The notes under the pieces: model-generated
Database searches by the model: none
Seen by the model: only the letters and a program-made list of their open reading frames with translations
What the model was told of the DNA's origin: nothing
Shown here: positions 8,481-17,399 of the stretch, piece by piece
Position numbering within the stretch: position 1 is the first letter of the stretch
How the letters are laid out: every line of letters begins with the position of its first letter
Position numbers and translations under genes: made by a program
Assembly (NCBI GenBank): GCA_034423015.1
Contig: DAOUJG010000055.1
Span: forward strand, 4,379-68,378
DNA: 64,000 bases
Origin: Dehalococcoidia bacterium
GTDB lineage: Bacteria > Chloroflexota > Dehalococcoidia > Lucifugimonadales > JAGWBF01
Direction: 5' to 3'

Positions 8481-9044
8481 ATAGCTAAAGATTACAGAGT
8501 AAATGAACGAATCCGTGTCCCCGAGGTGTTGGTCGTCGGCGAGGCTGGAGAGCAAGTCGGCACCATGCCCACCGGCAAGGCGTTGGAAATGGCCAGAGAG
8601 CGGGGACTGGATTTGGTGGAAGTCGCGCCCAGCGCCCGCCCTCCCGTATGCCGGATCCTGGACTACGGGAAGCTCCGGTACCTTTCGTCGAAGAAGGAGC
8701 GGGAGGCCAAGAAGGCCCAGCGGAGCACGGGGCGTAGAGAGGTACGGTTCCGGCCCAAGATAGGGGAGCACGACTTCTCGTCCAAGGTCCGGAAAGTGAA
8801 GGAGCTAATCAGCGACGGTGCCAAGGTCAAGGTGGCCGTCGTCTTTCGTGGCCGCGAGGTCACACACCCGGAGCGGGGGATGTCCCTGCTGAAGCGGGTC
8901 GCCGAGCTAGTGCAGGATGAGGCGAGGCTGGAGGGGCCTCCGGGCATGGAGGGCCGCTCCGTCTCCATGATGCTCGCGCCCACGGCCAAGAAGGTAGTCA
9001 GAAAGGCGGAACCGGTCGCGAATGCCCAAGCTCAAGACGCATAA
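8481..9044 (+). CDS. infC: translation initiation factor IF-3, probable ATA start
   Basis: The conserved IF-3 N-terminus 'KDYRVNERIRVPEV' is encoded in frame upstream of the GTG at 8526. The only start-like codon after the in-frame TAG (8475-8477) is ATA at 8481, 9 nt downstream of GGAGG (8467-8471). Confidence 0.85.
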   Translation: MAKDYRVNERIRVPEVLVVGEAGEQVGTMPTGKALEMARERGLDLVEVAPSARPPVCRILDYGKLRYLSSKKEREAKKAQRSTGRREVRFRPKIGEHDFSSKVRKVKELISDGAKVKVAVVFRGREVTHPERGMSLLKRVAELVQDEARLEGPPGMEGRSVSMMLAPTAKKVVRKAEPVANAQAQDA

Positions 9045-9222
9045 GGGGGCGAAGGCCCGCTTTCACGTAACGGGGTCGGGGAAGGTGCTGCGCCGAAAGC
9101 GCATGAGCAGCCACCTCCGGCGTAAGAAACCCAAGAAGGTCCGAAGGCAGTTCGCGTCCAAGATGGCCGTACACGAGGCCGACCTGCCCCGTATCTCGCG
9201 CCTCATTCCTCACGACCTATAG
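9022..9222 (+). CDS. rpmI: 50S ribosomal protein L35
   Basis: 'MPKLKTHKGAKARF' is the canonical L35 N-terminus. Overlaps the infC 3' end by 23 nt. Confidence 0.9.
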   Translation: MPKLKTHKGAKARFHVTGSGKVLRRKRMSSHLRRKKPKKVRRQFASKMAVHEADLPRISRLIPHDL

Positions 9223-9285
9223 GGCCTCACGACCTGTAGGCCGGGACTTCCGGTCCACGTCCAATTCCACTTCCGGAGTACTGCT

Positions 9286-9645
9286 TTGACCAGGGTCAAG
9301 CGCGGCGTGACCAAGCGCCGCAGACACAAGAAGGTCCTCTCGGCGGCCCGTGGCTTCCACGGGGCGTCCCACCGCAACTACAAGTGGGCCAAGGAGGCCC
9401 TGATCCACGCGTGGAGCCACGCCTACCGCCACCGGCGGGAGCGCAAGGGCGACTTTCGGAGGCTGTGGATCATACGGATCGGGGCCGCGGCCAGACAGCA
9501 GGGGATGACCTACAGCCAGCTTGTCCACGGCCTGAAGACCGCCGACATCGAGATCGACAGGAAGGTCCTGGCCGACATGGCAGTCAGGGACCCGTCGGGT
9601 TTCGAGAGCCTGGTGGCGGTCGCCCGAGAGCACCTGCCCCAATAG
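9286..9645 (+). CDS. rplT: 50S ribosomal protein L20
   Basis: 'TRVKRGVTKRRRHKKVL...GFHGA' is the canonical L20 N-terminus. TTG start. Confidence 0.95.
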   Translation: MTRVKRGVTKRRRHKKVLSAARGFHGASHRNYKWAKEALIHAWSHAYRHRRERKGDFRRLWIIRIGAAARQQGMTYSQLVHGLKTADIEIDRKVLADMAVRDPSGFESLVAVAREHLPQ

Positions 9646-9657
9646 CCCGAACCCGCG

Positions 9658-10290
9658 CTACCGCAAAAGCAACCGGACGTCGTGGACCAGGGGCCTTGGC
9701 TCCAGCGACAGGTTGGTGAACAGGACGCGCCGCTTACCCTCAGTATCGATGACGAACACCGGTGCGCCGTGGCTTATCAGGTATTCCCCCGCAGGCACAG
9801 GCGTCTCCCCCGCGGCGGAGCCCGCGTGCCCACTTGCGCCGCCGTCGGACGTCACCGGGTCCAGCCAGTAGGAGCGCCATACCGGCTCCAGCTCCTCCTC
9901 GGTGCCCACGAGAAAGCGCCACTTGTCCAGCATCTCCCGGTCCTCGGAGTAGCCGTACGCCTCCTCCACCGAGTCCCTCTCCGGGTCCACGCTGACCGCC
10001 ACTATCTGTACCCCGGCGGCGTCTTCTCCCAGGAGCTGGTGGGTGCGCCGCAGTGTCTCGGTGACGATGGGGCAGACGTCCGGGCAGGCCGTGTAGAGGA
10101 AGGTGAGGAGAACGACCTTGCCCGCGAAGTCGGAAAGGGCCACCGTTTCGCCGAACTGGTCGGAAAGGCTGATGGCGGGGGCGTCGTCAGCGGGGTCCAG
10201 GACCGTCCCTTCGAAGGCCTCGTCGCTGGCGCAGCCCGCGGCCGCTGCGGCCAGGGTAAGGACTCCCAACACCCATGCAGCCAGTCTCAT
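9658..10290 (-). CDS. SCO1/SenC copper chaperone (thioredoxin fold), lipoprotein
   Basis: ATG at 10290 gives lipobox 'LAAAAAGC'. 'CPDVC' CxxxC copper motif plus a downstream His ('ISHGAP'). Last gene of the cta operon. Confidence 0.8.
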   Translation of the reverse strand: MRLAAWVLGVLTLAAAAAGCASDEAFEGTVLDPADDAPAISLSDQFGETVALSDFAGKVVLLTFLYTACPDVCPIVTETLRRTHQLLGEDAAGVQIVAVSVDPERDSVEEAYGYSEDREMLDKWRFLVGTEEELEPVWRSYWLDPVTSDGGASGHAGSAAGETPVPAGEYLISHGAPVFVIDTEGKRRVLFTNLSLEPRPLVHDVRLLLR

Positions 10291-10334
10291 ATCCGGGCAG
10301 AGTCGGGGAAGAGAGTGCGCCCTTGGACGGGCGG

Positions 10335-10538
10335 CTAGAGTCCCGTCCTCTGCCTGGAAAGGAGCCCGGCGATGATGGGGACGAACACCACGAGCCCGAG
10401 CCCGATGCCGATGGCCCCAAATTCCCTCGCGCCGGTCTCGTTGAGGACGATGAAGATGACCCCGAGGCCGCCTCCCCACACCACCACGAACAGGATGGCC
10501 AGGATGGGCAGGAGCATGGACATTCGGAACCCGCTCAT
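10335..10538 (-). CDS. small (67 aa) two-TM membrane protein in the cta operon
   Basis: Two strongly hydrophobic segments. AAAGGTG Shine-Dalgarno-like sequence about 7 nt upstream of the ATG. Located between ctaG and sco1. No family recognised. Confidence 0.45.
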   Translation of the reverse strand: MSGFRMSMLLPILAILFVVVWGGGLGVIFIVLNETGAREFGAIGIGLGLVVFVPIIAGLLSRQRTGL

Positions 10539-10591
10539 GACTACACCTTTCTAGGAGACCGCGCCAGCCGGCATGTCGCATCCAAGGTGAT

Positions 10592-11443
10592 CTATCCCGA
10601 CCCCCTGTACAGCCTCCGGTCTTGGGGCTGGTCGTAGGACCGCTCCGCCGAGGCCTCCTCCTGACCGGCCCAGACCAGGAACACCACCATCAGGGAGAAC
10701 AGATAGGCAAGCCCGCCGGGAATCCACATTATGATACCACCGATCTGCTGGTCGGTGTGGGCGGACAGGCCCCATATACGCGGCGCGGCCGCGTACCATT
10801 CGTAGAGCACGCCGTCGGAGAAGGTGATGATCGCTCCCAGGATGGCGGGCACGGTGGGGTGCACGAACAGGTACAGCATCTGTACCAGGTAGGAAGGGCG
10901 GGGCAGCTCCGGGAGGCGGCCAACCACCGGCCACCACATCATCAACGCGGCTACCAGGAACATCAGGTGCTCCAGGACATGGACACCCCTCTCCCTCAAA
11001 GCCAGGTCGTACAGGGTCGGAATGTGCCACAGCACGAATACCGCGTTGAACACCACGAAGGCCATCACTGGCAGCGTAGCTATACGCGCGACCCGGAATA
11101 CCTGGGGCACGTTCACCAGGGGGCGCAACATCCAGGAGGGGGTCCCTACTATGAGAAGCGGGGCGACCACCAGGGTCAGAAGCAGGTGCTGGACCATGTG
11201 GGCGCTGAACAGGTACCGGTCCCCCAGCTCGTGAAGCGGAGAGAGGAGCGCAACGAACATGACCAGCACGCCGCAAAGGAAGATGGAGGCCTGGCCCGCC
11301 GGCACCTGGGGCGCCCAGCCGTAACGCTGCCTGAGGGGCCCCACGGCCAGCAGGTACGCCCCCGTCAACACCACCAACCCCGCCACCACGCTGGGATGGC
11401 CATGCCACGCCGTCCAGGAGAAATCCACGACCTGCTCCGGCAA
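10592..11443 (-). CDS. ctaG: cytochrome c oxidase assembly factor CtaG (Caa3_CtaG family membrane protein)
   Basis: Polytopic membrane protein. 'LSPLHELGDRYLFSAHMVQHLLL' matches the Bacillus-type CtaG signature. TTG start. Confidence 0.75.
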   Translation of the reverse strand: MPEQVVDFSWTAWHGHPSVVAGLVVLTGAYLLAVGPLRQRYGWAPQVPAGQASIFLCGVLVMFVALLSPLHELGDRYLFSAHMVQHLLLTLVVAPLLIVGTPSWMLRPLVNVPQVFRVARIATLPVMAFVVFNAVFVLWHIPTLYDLALRERGVHVLEHLMFLVAALMMWWPVVGRLPELPRPSYLVQMLYLFVHPTVPAILGAIITFSDGVLYEWYAAAPRIWGLSAHTDQQIGGIIMWIPGGLAYLFSLMVVFLVWAGQEEASAERSYDQPQDRRLYRGSG

Positions 11444-11536
11444 CTTCTACTCCCGACACCTCATGGTCGACGCCCAGAAAGCCATGGACGCGTATCGCGG
11501 CGCTCCCACGGGGAGGACGGCCGTTGGCGGAGCCCG

Positions 11537-12331
11537 TCACTGCTGCTGTAACAGGAACTCCACCAGCGCATCTACCTGATCACCCGTGAGGTTCTCGGTG
11601 ATGGCATGGGTCATGAGTCCCGGAGTCCCGCACCGCGGCACCTCCTGGGGGCACATGAAGCCCTCGGGGTCCGTGATGGACTCCGCCAGGTACTCGGCTG
11701 CCGACATGCCCGGCTTCCTTGTGGCCGCATCGGTGCCTATATAGGTCAAGTCCGGACCGACCAGGCCGTCCGAGACCCCCTCTATCCGGTGGCAGGTGTT
11801 GCACCACAGGGCCTGGGGCCCCACGTTCTCCGGAACGGTCATGAACAGGGCCAGCCCGTCCCCGGAGGGTGAGGGAGCGGATGTTGCGGGCTCAGCCGGT
11901 GTGGTTGCGGGGGCGCCGTCAGGCGGTGCGGTAGCCTGAGGAGTCGGCGTCGGCGTCTGGACCGGCGCAACCGTGGGCTCTCCGTGGTCGGGAGGGCCCG
12001 CCGGCGTACCCTCGGGCCTGTCCGCCGTAGCCGACAGGACCTGGAAGAGGGCCATCAGCACGATGGCCACCGCTACGGCCAGCAGCAGGCCGCCCACGAA
12101 CACGCCGGAGAATAGGCGGCTGTCGAACTTCAGGTGCATGTAGAACAGCACCACCAAGCCGAACTTGGCCACGGATAGGATCAGGAAGATGGGCAGGAAC
12201 GCCGGCTCCAGCACTTCGATGTACAAGACCGCCACCTCGAGGGCGGTCAGGATGGCGAGCAGGGTCGCTATGCGTATGTAGGTGCCGGGGGTGGGATGCG
12301 CCCCGGCGCGGGGGTTTGGACGTTCAGCCAT
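11537..12331 (-). CDS. cytochrome c oxidase subunit IV (CtaF/CoxD-like, 3 TM) fused to a C-terminal mono-heme cytochrome c domain
   Basis: N-terminal 100 aa: three TM helices with 'KFGLVVLFYMHLKFD'. Then a Pro/Thr/Ala-rich linker, then 'CNTCH' (nt 11789-11803) and a distal 'PGLM' Met-ligand context. Confidence 0.75.
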   Translation of the reverse strand: MAERPNPRAGAHPTPGTYIRIATLLAILTALEVAVLYIEVLEPAFLPIFLILSVAKFGLVVLFYMHLKFDSRLFSGVFVGGLLLAVAVAIVLMALFQVLSATADRPEGTPAGPPDHGEPTVAPVQTPTPTPQATAPPDGAPATTPAEPATSAPSPSGDGLALFMTVPENVGPQALWCNTCHRIEGVSDGLVGPDLTYIGTDAATRKPGMSAAEYLAESITDPEGFMCPQEVPRCGTPGLMTHAITENLTGDQVDALVEFLLQQQ

Positions 12332-12390
12332 CAGATATCGCTCTCATGATTCACGGTCCCCGGGTCTCTCCGACCAGGAAAGCACGGCGA

Positions 12391-13026
12391 TTAGGTGACT
12401 CCCACCCCTATCAGGTAGACCACGGCGAATATAACGATCCAGACGATGTCCACGAAGTGCCAGTACAGGGCAGCCAAGTCCACGCTAAGCGCTTCCCTGT
12501 CGGAGAGGACGCGGTCCGCCTTCTTTCCGCCGAACAGGGAGTAGCCGAATATGGATAGGAGCCATATCACGCCAACGGTGACGTGGGCCCCGTGGAACCC
12601 GGTCAGCGTGAAGAACGTGGTGCCGAACAAGTTGGTGCGCGGGCTCAGTCCGTGCTGGGAAAACTCGTAGAACTCGAACACCTGAAAGCCGAGGAAGGCG
12701 GCACCCAGTATGCAGGTCGACAGTATCCAGATACGGAAGGCCCTCATGTTGCCCCGGTTGATGGCCGAATAGGCCAGCACCATGGACATGCTGCTCATGA
12801 GCAGGGCGAAGGTGCTCACCGAGGTCGTCGGGATGTCGAACACGTCCTCGGGGAAGGGGCCCACCAGGCTCTGGCCACGGTAGATCAGGTAGGTGGATAT
12901 GAGGGCGCCGAAGAAGAGGCAGTCGGAGCCCAGGAACAGCCACATGAGCATCTTGCGATGGTTGAGGCCAGTGGTCGTGTCCTCCACCACCACGTGGTGA
13001 CCCACCGAAGGCGACTGCTCGTGCAA
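12391..13026 (-). CDS. ctaE: cytochrome c oxidase subunit III
   Basis: 'FFTLTGFHGAHVTVGV' and 'YWHFVDIVWI' are subunit III signatures. TTG start with GGGAGGAG Shine-Dalgarno. Confidence 0.9.
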   Translation of the reverse strand: MHEQSPSVGHHVVVEDTTTGLNHRKMLMWLFLGSDCLFFGALISTYLIYRGQSLVGPFPEDVFDIPTTSVSTFALLMSSMSMVLAYSAINRGNMRAFRIWILSTCILGAAFLGFQVFEFYEFSQHGLSPRTNLFGTTFFTLTGFHGAHVTVGVIWLLSIFGYSLFGGKKADRVLSDREALSVDLAALYWHFVDIVWIVIFAVVYLIGVGVT

Positions 13027-13051
13027 TTTAGCCGCTCCTCCCTGTCACGGT

Positions 13052-15124
13052 TCAGTGTCCTCCCTCGGGTTCCTCGGAGGCGGGCTCGAAGGACCAGGCA
13101 TAGATGCCGACTATGCCGATGGCCCCGCCCACGGCGGCCATGGCCCAGGTCAGCGTCTCGTGGAAGAGCATGCCGTACCCGGCTATGGTGAGGCCCATGG
13201 CGACGACGAAGGGATAGTAGGAGAGTCCCGGCATGTGTATGCCGCCGTGGTCCGGGGCCTCGTGTGCCGCGCGTTCAGCGATTGCGGTACTCCCGGAGGC
13301 CAGCACGGCCTCGAGCTCGGCGATCCGGCGCGCCTGGGCGTCGATGACCGCCTGCTGCTGCAGGCGCTCCTCCCCGGGGCCGTGCCCGCCCTCATGGCCG
13401 TTGGAGCCTCCGGCTACCGGCACAGGGCCATCGTGCTCCCCGCCGTGCCCGTTGGAGCCCCCGGATACCGGCACCGGGCCGCCGTGCTCGCCGTTCCCGT
13501 TGGGCCATTTCTCCTCCCAGTATGGGTCCCTGCTGTGGACTACGGGGATCTCCGCGAAGTTGTAGTGGGGAGGCGGAGACGATATGGACCACTCCAGCGT
13601 CCGGCCGTCCCAGGGGTCGTTGCCCGCTATCTCGCCCTTCCGGCCCGTGCGGAACACGTTGTGTATGAACACCAGCACCGATATGGCGATGATGAAGGAG
13701 CCGGCCGAGGCCACTCCGTTCCACAGGTCCCAGCCCATGTCCGAGTCGTAGGTGAAAATGCGCCGGGGCATCCCGTCCATTCCCAGGAAGTGCATTGGGA
13801 AGAAGGTGATGTTGAAGCCTATGAACGTGAGCCAGAAGTGCAGCTTTCCAAGGCCCTCGTCCAGTATTCGGCCCGTCATCTTGGGCCACCAGTAGTAGGC
13901 GCCCGCGAACAGGGCGAACATGCTGCCCCCGAAGAGCACGTAGTGGAAATGGGCCACGATGAAGTAGGTGTCCTGCTGCTGAGCATCCGAGGGCGGCGAG
14001 GCGTGCATCACGCCGCTGAGCCCGCCGATGATGAACATGGCGATGAAGCCCACGGCGAAGAGGAGGGCCGCCGACAGGTGCACGGAGCCCTGCCACAGGG
14101 TGGCGATCCAGTTGAATATCTTCACTCCCGTGGGTATGGCGATGGCCATGGTGCTCACCGCGAACGCCGCGTTGGCGATGGGCCCCAGCCCCACGGTGAA
14201 CATGTGGTGGCTCCAGACCCCCCAACCCAGGAACCCGATTATCACCCCCGACAGGACCACCACCGGGTACCCGAAAAGGGGCTTACGGGCAAAGGTCGGC
14301 AGAATTTCGGAGATGATGCCCATGGCCGGTAGTATCAGGATGTACACCTCGGGATGGCCGAACACCCAGAAGAGGTGCTGCCACAGGACCGGGTCCCCGC
14401 CGGCGAGGGGGACGAAGAAGTTGGTGCCGAAGGTCCTGTCGAACATGAGCTCGATGAGGGCCACGGTGATGACCGGGAAGGCCAGAATAATAAGGAAGGA
14501 GGTGATCAGCGTCATCCAGACGAAGACGGGCATGCGCATAAGGGTCATGCCGGGCGCCCGCATGTTGATGATGGTCACCAGGAAGTTGAATCCGGCCGCC
14601 ATGGTGGCCGTGCCCAGCACCAGGAGCCCGACGGTGTAGAAGTCCACGCCGCGGCCGGGGTTGAAGACGTCGTCCGTCAGGTTGGAGTAGGCGAACCAGC
14701 CGACGTTGGGAGAGCCTCCCAGGAACCAGCCGCTGTTGAGAAGGATGCCGCCGCCCAGGAATATCCAGTAGCTGAGGGCGTTGAGGCGGGGAAAGGCCAC
14801 GTCCCGCGCCCCTATCATCAACGGGATCATGTAGTTGAAGAAGGCGGCGCTCAGGGGCATTATCGCCAGGAATATCATGCTCAGCCCGTGCATGGTAAAG
14901 AGCTGGCTGTAGACCTCGGGGCTGACGACCTCCAGCTCGCTTCCCGAGAGCTGGATCCGCATTATGAGGGCTTCGACGCCGGCCAGCAGGAAGAAAATGA
15001 AGGCCGTGACGCCGTAGAGTATGCCGATACGCTTGTGGTCGACGGTGGTTATCCAGCTCCACACGCCTTCGTAGCTGGTGGGCCGGCGAAGAGCCTCCGA
15101 TATGGCGCCCGTGATGGTTACCAT
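13052..15124 (-). CDS. ctaD: cytochrome c oxidase subunit I with a C-terminal repeat/coiled insert and two extra TM helices
   Basis: 'WFFGHPEVYILILP' and 'HHMFTVG' heme-copper signatures. 690 aa. GGAGGTGG Shine-Dalgarno. Confidence 0.95.
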   Translation of the reverse strand: MVTITGAISEALRRPTSYEGVWSWITTVDHKRIGILYGVTAFIFFLLAGVEALIMRIQLSGSELEVVSPEVYSQLFTMHGLSMIFLAIMPLSAAFFNYMIPLMIGARDVAFPRLNALSYWIFLGGGILLNSGWFLGGSPNVGWFAYSNLTDDVFNPGRGVDFYTVGLLVLGTATMAAGFNFLVTIINMRAPGMTLMRMPVFVWMTLITSFLIILAFPVITVALIELMFDRTFGTNFFVPLAGGDPVLWQHLFWVFGHPEVYILILPAMGIISEILPTFARKPLFGYPVVVLSGVIIGFLGWGVWSHHMFTVGLGPIANAAFAVSTMAIAIPTGVKIFNWIATLWQGSVHLSAALLFAVGFIAMFIIGGLSGVMHASPPSDAQQQDTYFIVAHFHYVLFGGSMFALFAGAYYWWPKMTGRILDEGLGKLHFWLTFIGFNITFFPMHFLGMDGMPRRIFTYDSDMGWDLWNGVASAGSFIIAISVLVFIHNVFRTGRKGEIAGNDPWDGRTLEWSISSPPPHYNFAEIPVVHSRDPYWEEKWPNGNGEHGGPVPVSGGSNGHGGEHDGPVPVAGGSNGHEGGHGPGEERLQQQAVIDAQARRIAELEAVLASGSTAIAERAAHEAPDHGGIHMPGLSYYPFVVAMGLTIAGYGMLFHETLTWAMAAVGGAIGIVGIYAWSFEPASEEPEGGH
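13382..13505 (-). repeat. about 2.4 tandem copies of a 51-bp (17-aa) repeat inside ctaD
   Basis: Copies at 13382-13432 and 13433-13483 are 40/51 identical by hand alignment. They encode 'GPVPV[SA]GGSNGH[GE]G[EG]H'. Confidence 0.7.
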
Positions 15125-15194
15125 CGACCACCTCCGCGGTAACCGCCCGTGGATTTGCCTTTCATTATAACCGAGTATGGGAGCATACGCTTCA

Positions 15195-16304
15195 TCATTC
15201 CAGGCTCAGCAGGTAGGAGGCCAGCTTCTCCACTTCATCCCGGCTGAGCTCGGACTCAGGGTCCGTATAGACGGTGGCCAGCTCGGACATCCGGTTGCCC
15301 GGCTTGATGCTCTCGGGGTCTTCCAGCCAGCTGATCAGGTTCTCCCGGTTCAGGTCCATGTAGCCCGCAACGAAGGTGGCCCGGGTCCCGAATTTGTTCA
15401 GGTTGGGCGCGGGGAACCTGGGCTCGCCCCGCAGGAAGGCCTCGGACAGCCCCTCTCTGATCTCCACCGGGGTTGGGCCCTCCACCCAGTGGCAGAGGAG
15501 ACACCCGCGGGCGGCGAAGATGGTGGCCCCCTCGGCCGCGTCTCCGCTGGGCGGGACATGGGGCTGGCGGTACGCCGCCACCCAGTCCTCGAAGGTGTTC
15601 TCGGTGCTGTCATGCACCACCACGCGGAACCTCATGTGGGCGTGGGCCACGCCGCAGAACTCGGCGCACTGGCCGTACAGGACGATAGGGAAGGAGTCTA
15701 TATCATCCTTCGCCGCGGTAAACTGCATGACGTTCAGGTTGTTGGGCACTACGTCCTGTTTGCCCGCAAGCTTGGGTATCCAGAAGCTGTGAATGACGTC
15801 CTCGGACCGGAGGTTCACCCGGATCTGCCTGTCGACGGGCAGGTGCATCTCGTTGGCCGTCACGACGTTCAGCTCCGGGTACTCGAACTCCCACCACCAT
15901 TGGTGGCCGGTCACGTTGACCGTAAGGGCGTCCGGCCCCGCTTCGGACGAGATGTCGAAGATGTAGATGATGGTGGGCACCGCGATGACCGCAAGCACCA
16001 CGGCGGGGGCGATGGTCCAGCCTATCTCCAGCCGGGTGTTGCCGTGGGTCTGGGGGGGTATGCCCTCCTCGGCGGGCCTGCGCCGGTACCGTATCACGGT
16101 ATAGAGGAGGATCCCCTCGACCACTACGAATACGAACACCGCCGCCCAGAAGATTATGTAGAACAGGGTCCTCTGCTTGTCGGCCACCGGCCCCGCTACG
16201 TCGAAGGTCGACTGCGGATGGTCCGGGGTACATCCGAAGAACAGCAGGAGGCCAAGGGCGGAGAGGGCTATCAGCACCAGTCTGAAGGCCGGGCCCCTGG
16301 GCAT
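15195..16304 (-). CDS. ctaC: cytochrome c oxidase subunit II with fused cytochrome c domain (caa3-type)
   Basis: CuA site 'CAEFCGVAHAHM'. C-terminal 'CLLCH' heme c motif with 'PGNRM'. Start at ATG 16304 (signal/TM 'LVLIALSALGLLLFFGC'). The alternative ATG at 16376 cannot be excluded. Confidence 0.9.
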   Translation of the reverse strand: MPRGPAFRLVLIALSALGLLLFFGCTPDHPQSTFDVAGPVADKQRTLFYIIFWAAVFVFVVVEGILLYTVIRYRRRPAEEGIPPQTHGNTRLEIGWTIAPAVVLAVIAVPTIIYIFDISSEAGPDALTVNVTGHQWWWEFEYPELNVVTANEMHLPVDRQIRVNLRSEDVIHSFWIPKLAGKQDVVPNNLNVMQFTAAKDDIDSFPIVLYGQCAEFCGVAHAHMRFRVVVHDSTENTFEDWVAAYRQPHVPPSGDAAEGATIFAARGCLLCHWVEGPTPVEIREGLSEAFLRGEPRFPAPNLNKFGTRATFVAGYMDLNRENLISWLEDPESIKPGNRMSELATVYTDPESELSRDEVEKLASYLLSLE

Positions 16305-16448
16305 TACGCGCGCCCCCTCTCGGAAATGTCTGTCAATGGTCGATGGGTCATGCTCGAAGCGCCCCGCGAATCGCACCGGCGAGTTTAGCAGAGGCCAACC
16401 TAGTATTCAAGGGGCACAGGCGTCTTCCGCTGTTCACGCCGGGCAACG

Positions 16449-17399
16449 TCATATCCTCACCACGCTATCGACCATTACCGCTGCGAAGAGCAGCGCCACG
16501 TAGGCCAACGAGTACAGGTAGAGCGCCTTCGCCCCCTGGACCTGCGGCCTCTCCGGGTTTACCTGGTCGCTGGCCCTGAGATGCCACGCAAGCAGCAGGA
16601 ACGCCACGCCCAGGAGGAGGGCGGACCCGATGTAGACCATCCCCACGGCCTGGGTCGTGAAGAACAGGATGGAGATGGTTACGACGGTCACCGTGTACAG
16701 GATGATGTTGCGGCGCGTGGACTCCAGTCCCGCCACCACCGGGAGCATGGGAATGCCGGCGCGGGCGTAGTCCTGCCGGATCAGCAGAGCCAGGGCCCAG
16801 AAGTGGGGCGGCGTCCAGAAGAAGACCAACGCGAACAGGTACAGCGCCGGAAGCTCCAGCCCGCCCGTGACGGCCGCCCAGCCCGCCATCGGCGGCACGG
16901 CCCCTGCGGCCCCGCCGATGACTATGTTCTGCGCCGTCGTCCGTTTCAGCCAGGACGTGTAGACGAAAACGTAGAAGAGGGTGCCACTGAGGGTCAGCGA
17001 AGCCGTCAGAAGATTGACCCACGTCGCCAGCAGGCCGAAGGCGAAGATGTTCAGGACCACGCCGAAGGTGAGGGCCGCCCCGGGGGACACCCGGCGGGAC
17101 GGGAGGACCCGCCGCCGGGTCCGCACCATGAGCCCGTCGATATCCCGGTCCAGGTAGTGGTTGATGGCGCTGGCCCCTCCCGCGGCCGCGGCGCCGCCCA
17201 CCAGGAGCAGCAGCGTCGCCACGACCGGCGGCGAGCCCTCGGCCGCCAGGAACACCCCTCCCAGGGCCGTGATCAGCAGCAGCAGGACTATCGGCGGCTT
17301 GGTCAGAGAAAGGTAGTCCGTAGCCTGGGACAGGATGGGGGTCCTGCCCAACGCGGTGGATGCCGGGGCCGCCTGGCCTGGTTCAAGCAACAGCCGCAC
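16449..17399 (-). CDS. ctaB: protoheme IX farnesyltransferase (heme O synthase)
   Basis: UbiA-family polytopic protein with 'NHYLDRDID'. Start placed at GTG 17399, overlapping the ctaA end by 17 nt. The start is uncertain; the ORF-track N-terminus lies inside ctaA. Confidence 0.8.
   Translation of the reverse strand: MRLLLEPGQAAPASTALGRTPILSQATDYLSLTKPPIVLLLLITALGGVFLAAEGSPPVVATLLLLVGGAAAAGGASAINHYLDRDIDGLMVRTRRRVLPSRRVSPGAALTFGVVLNIFAFGLLATWVNLLTASLTLSGTLFYVFVYTSWLKRTTAQNIVIGGAAGAVPPMAGWAAVTGGLELPALYLFALVFFWTPPHFWALALLIRQDYARAGIPMLPVVAGLESTRRNIILYTVTVVTISILFFTTQAVGMVYIGSALLLGVAFLLLAWHLRASDQVNPERPQVQGAKALYLYSLAYVALLFAAVMVDSVVRI

Noticed and set aside
13382-13505. Tandem 51-bp repeats, and the CTCACC repeats at 4183-4200, considered as a possible CRISPR or minisatellite locus.
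   Set aside because: The 51-bp units are contiguous with no spacers, in frame within ctaD, and only about 78% identical. The hexamer repeat is 18 bp long. No cas genes are present. Neither is a CRISPR array.
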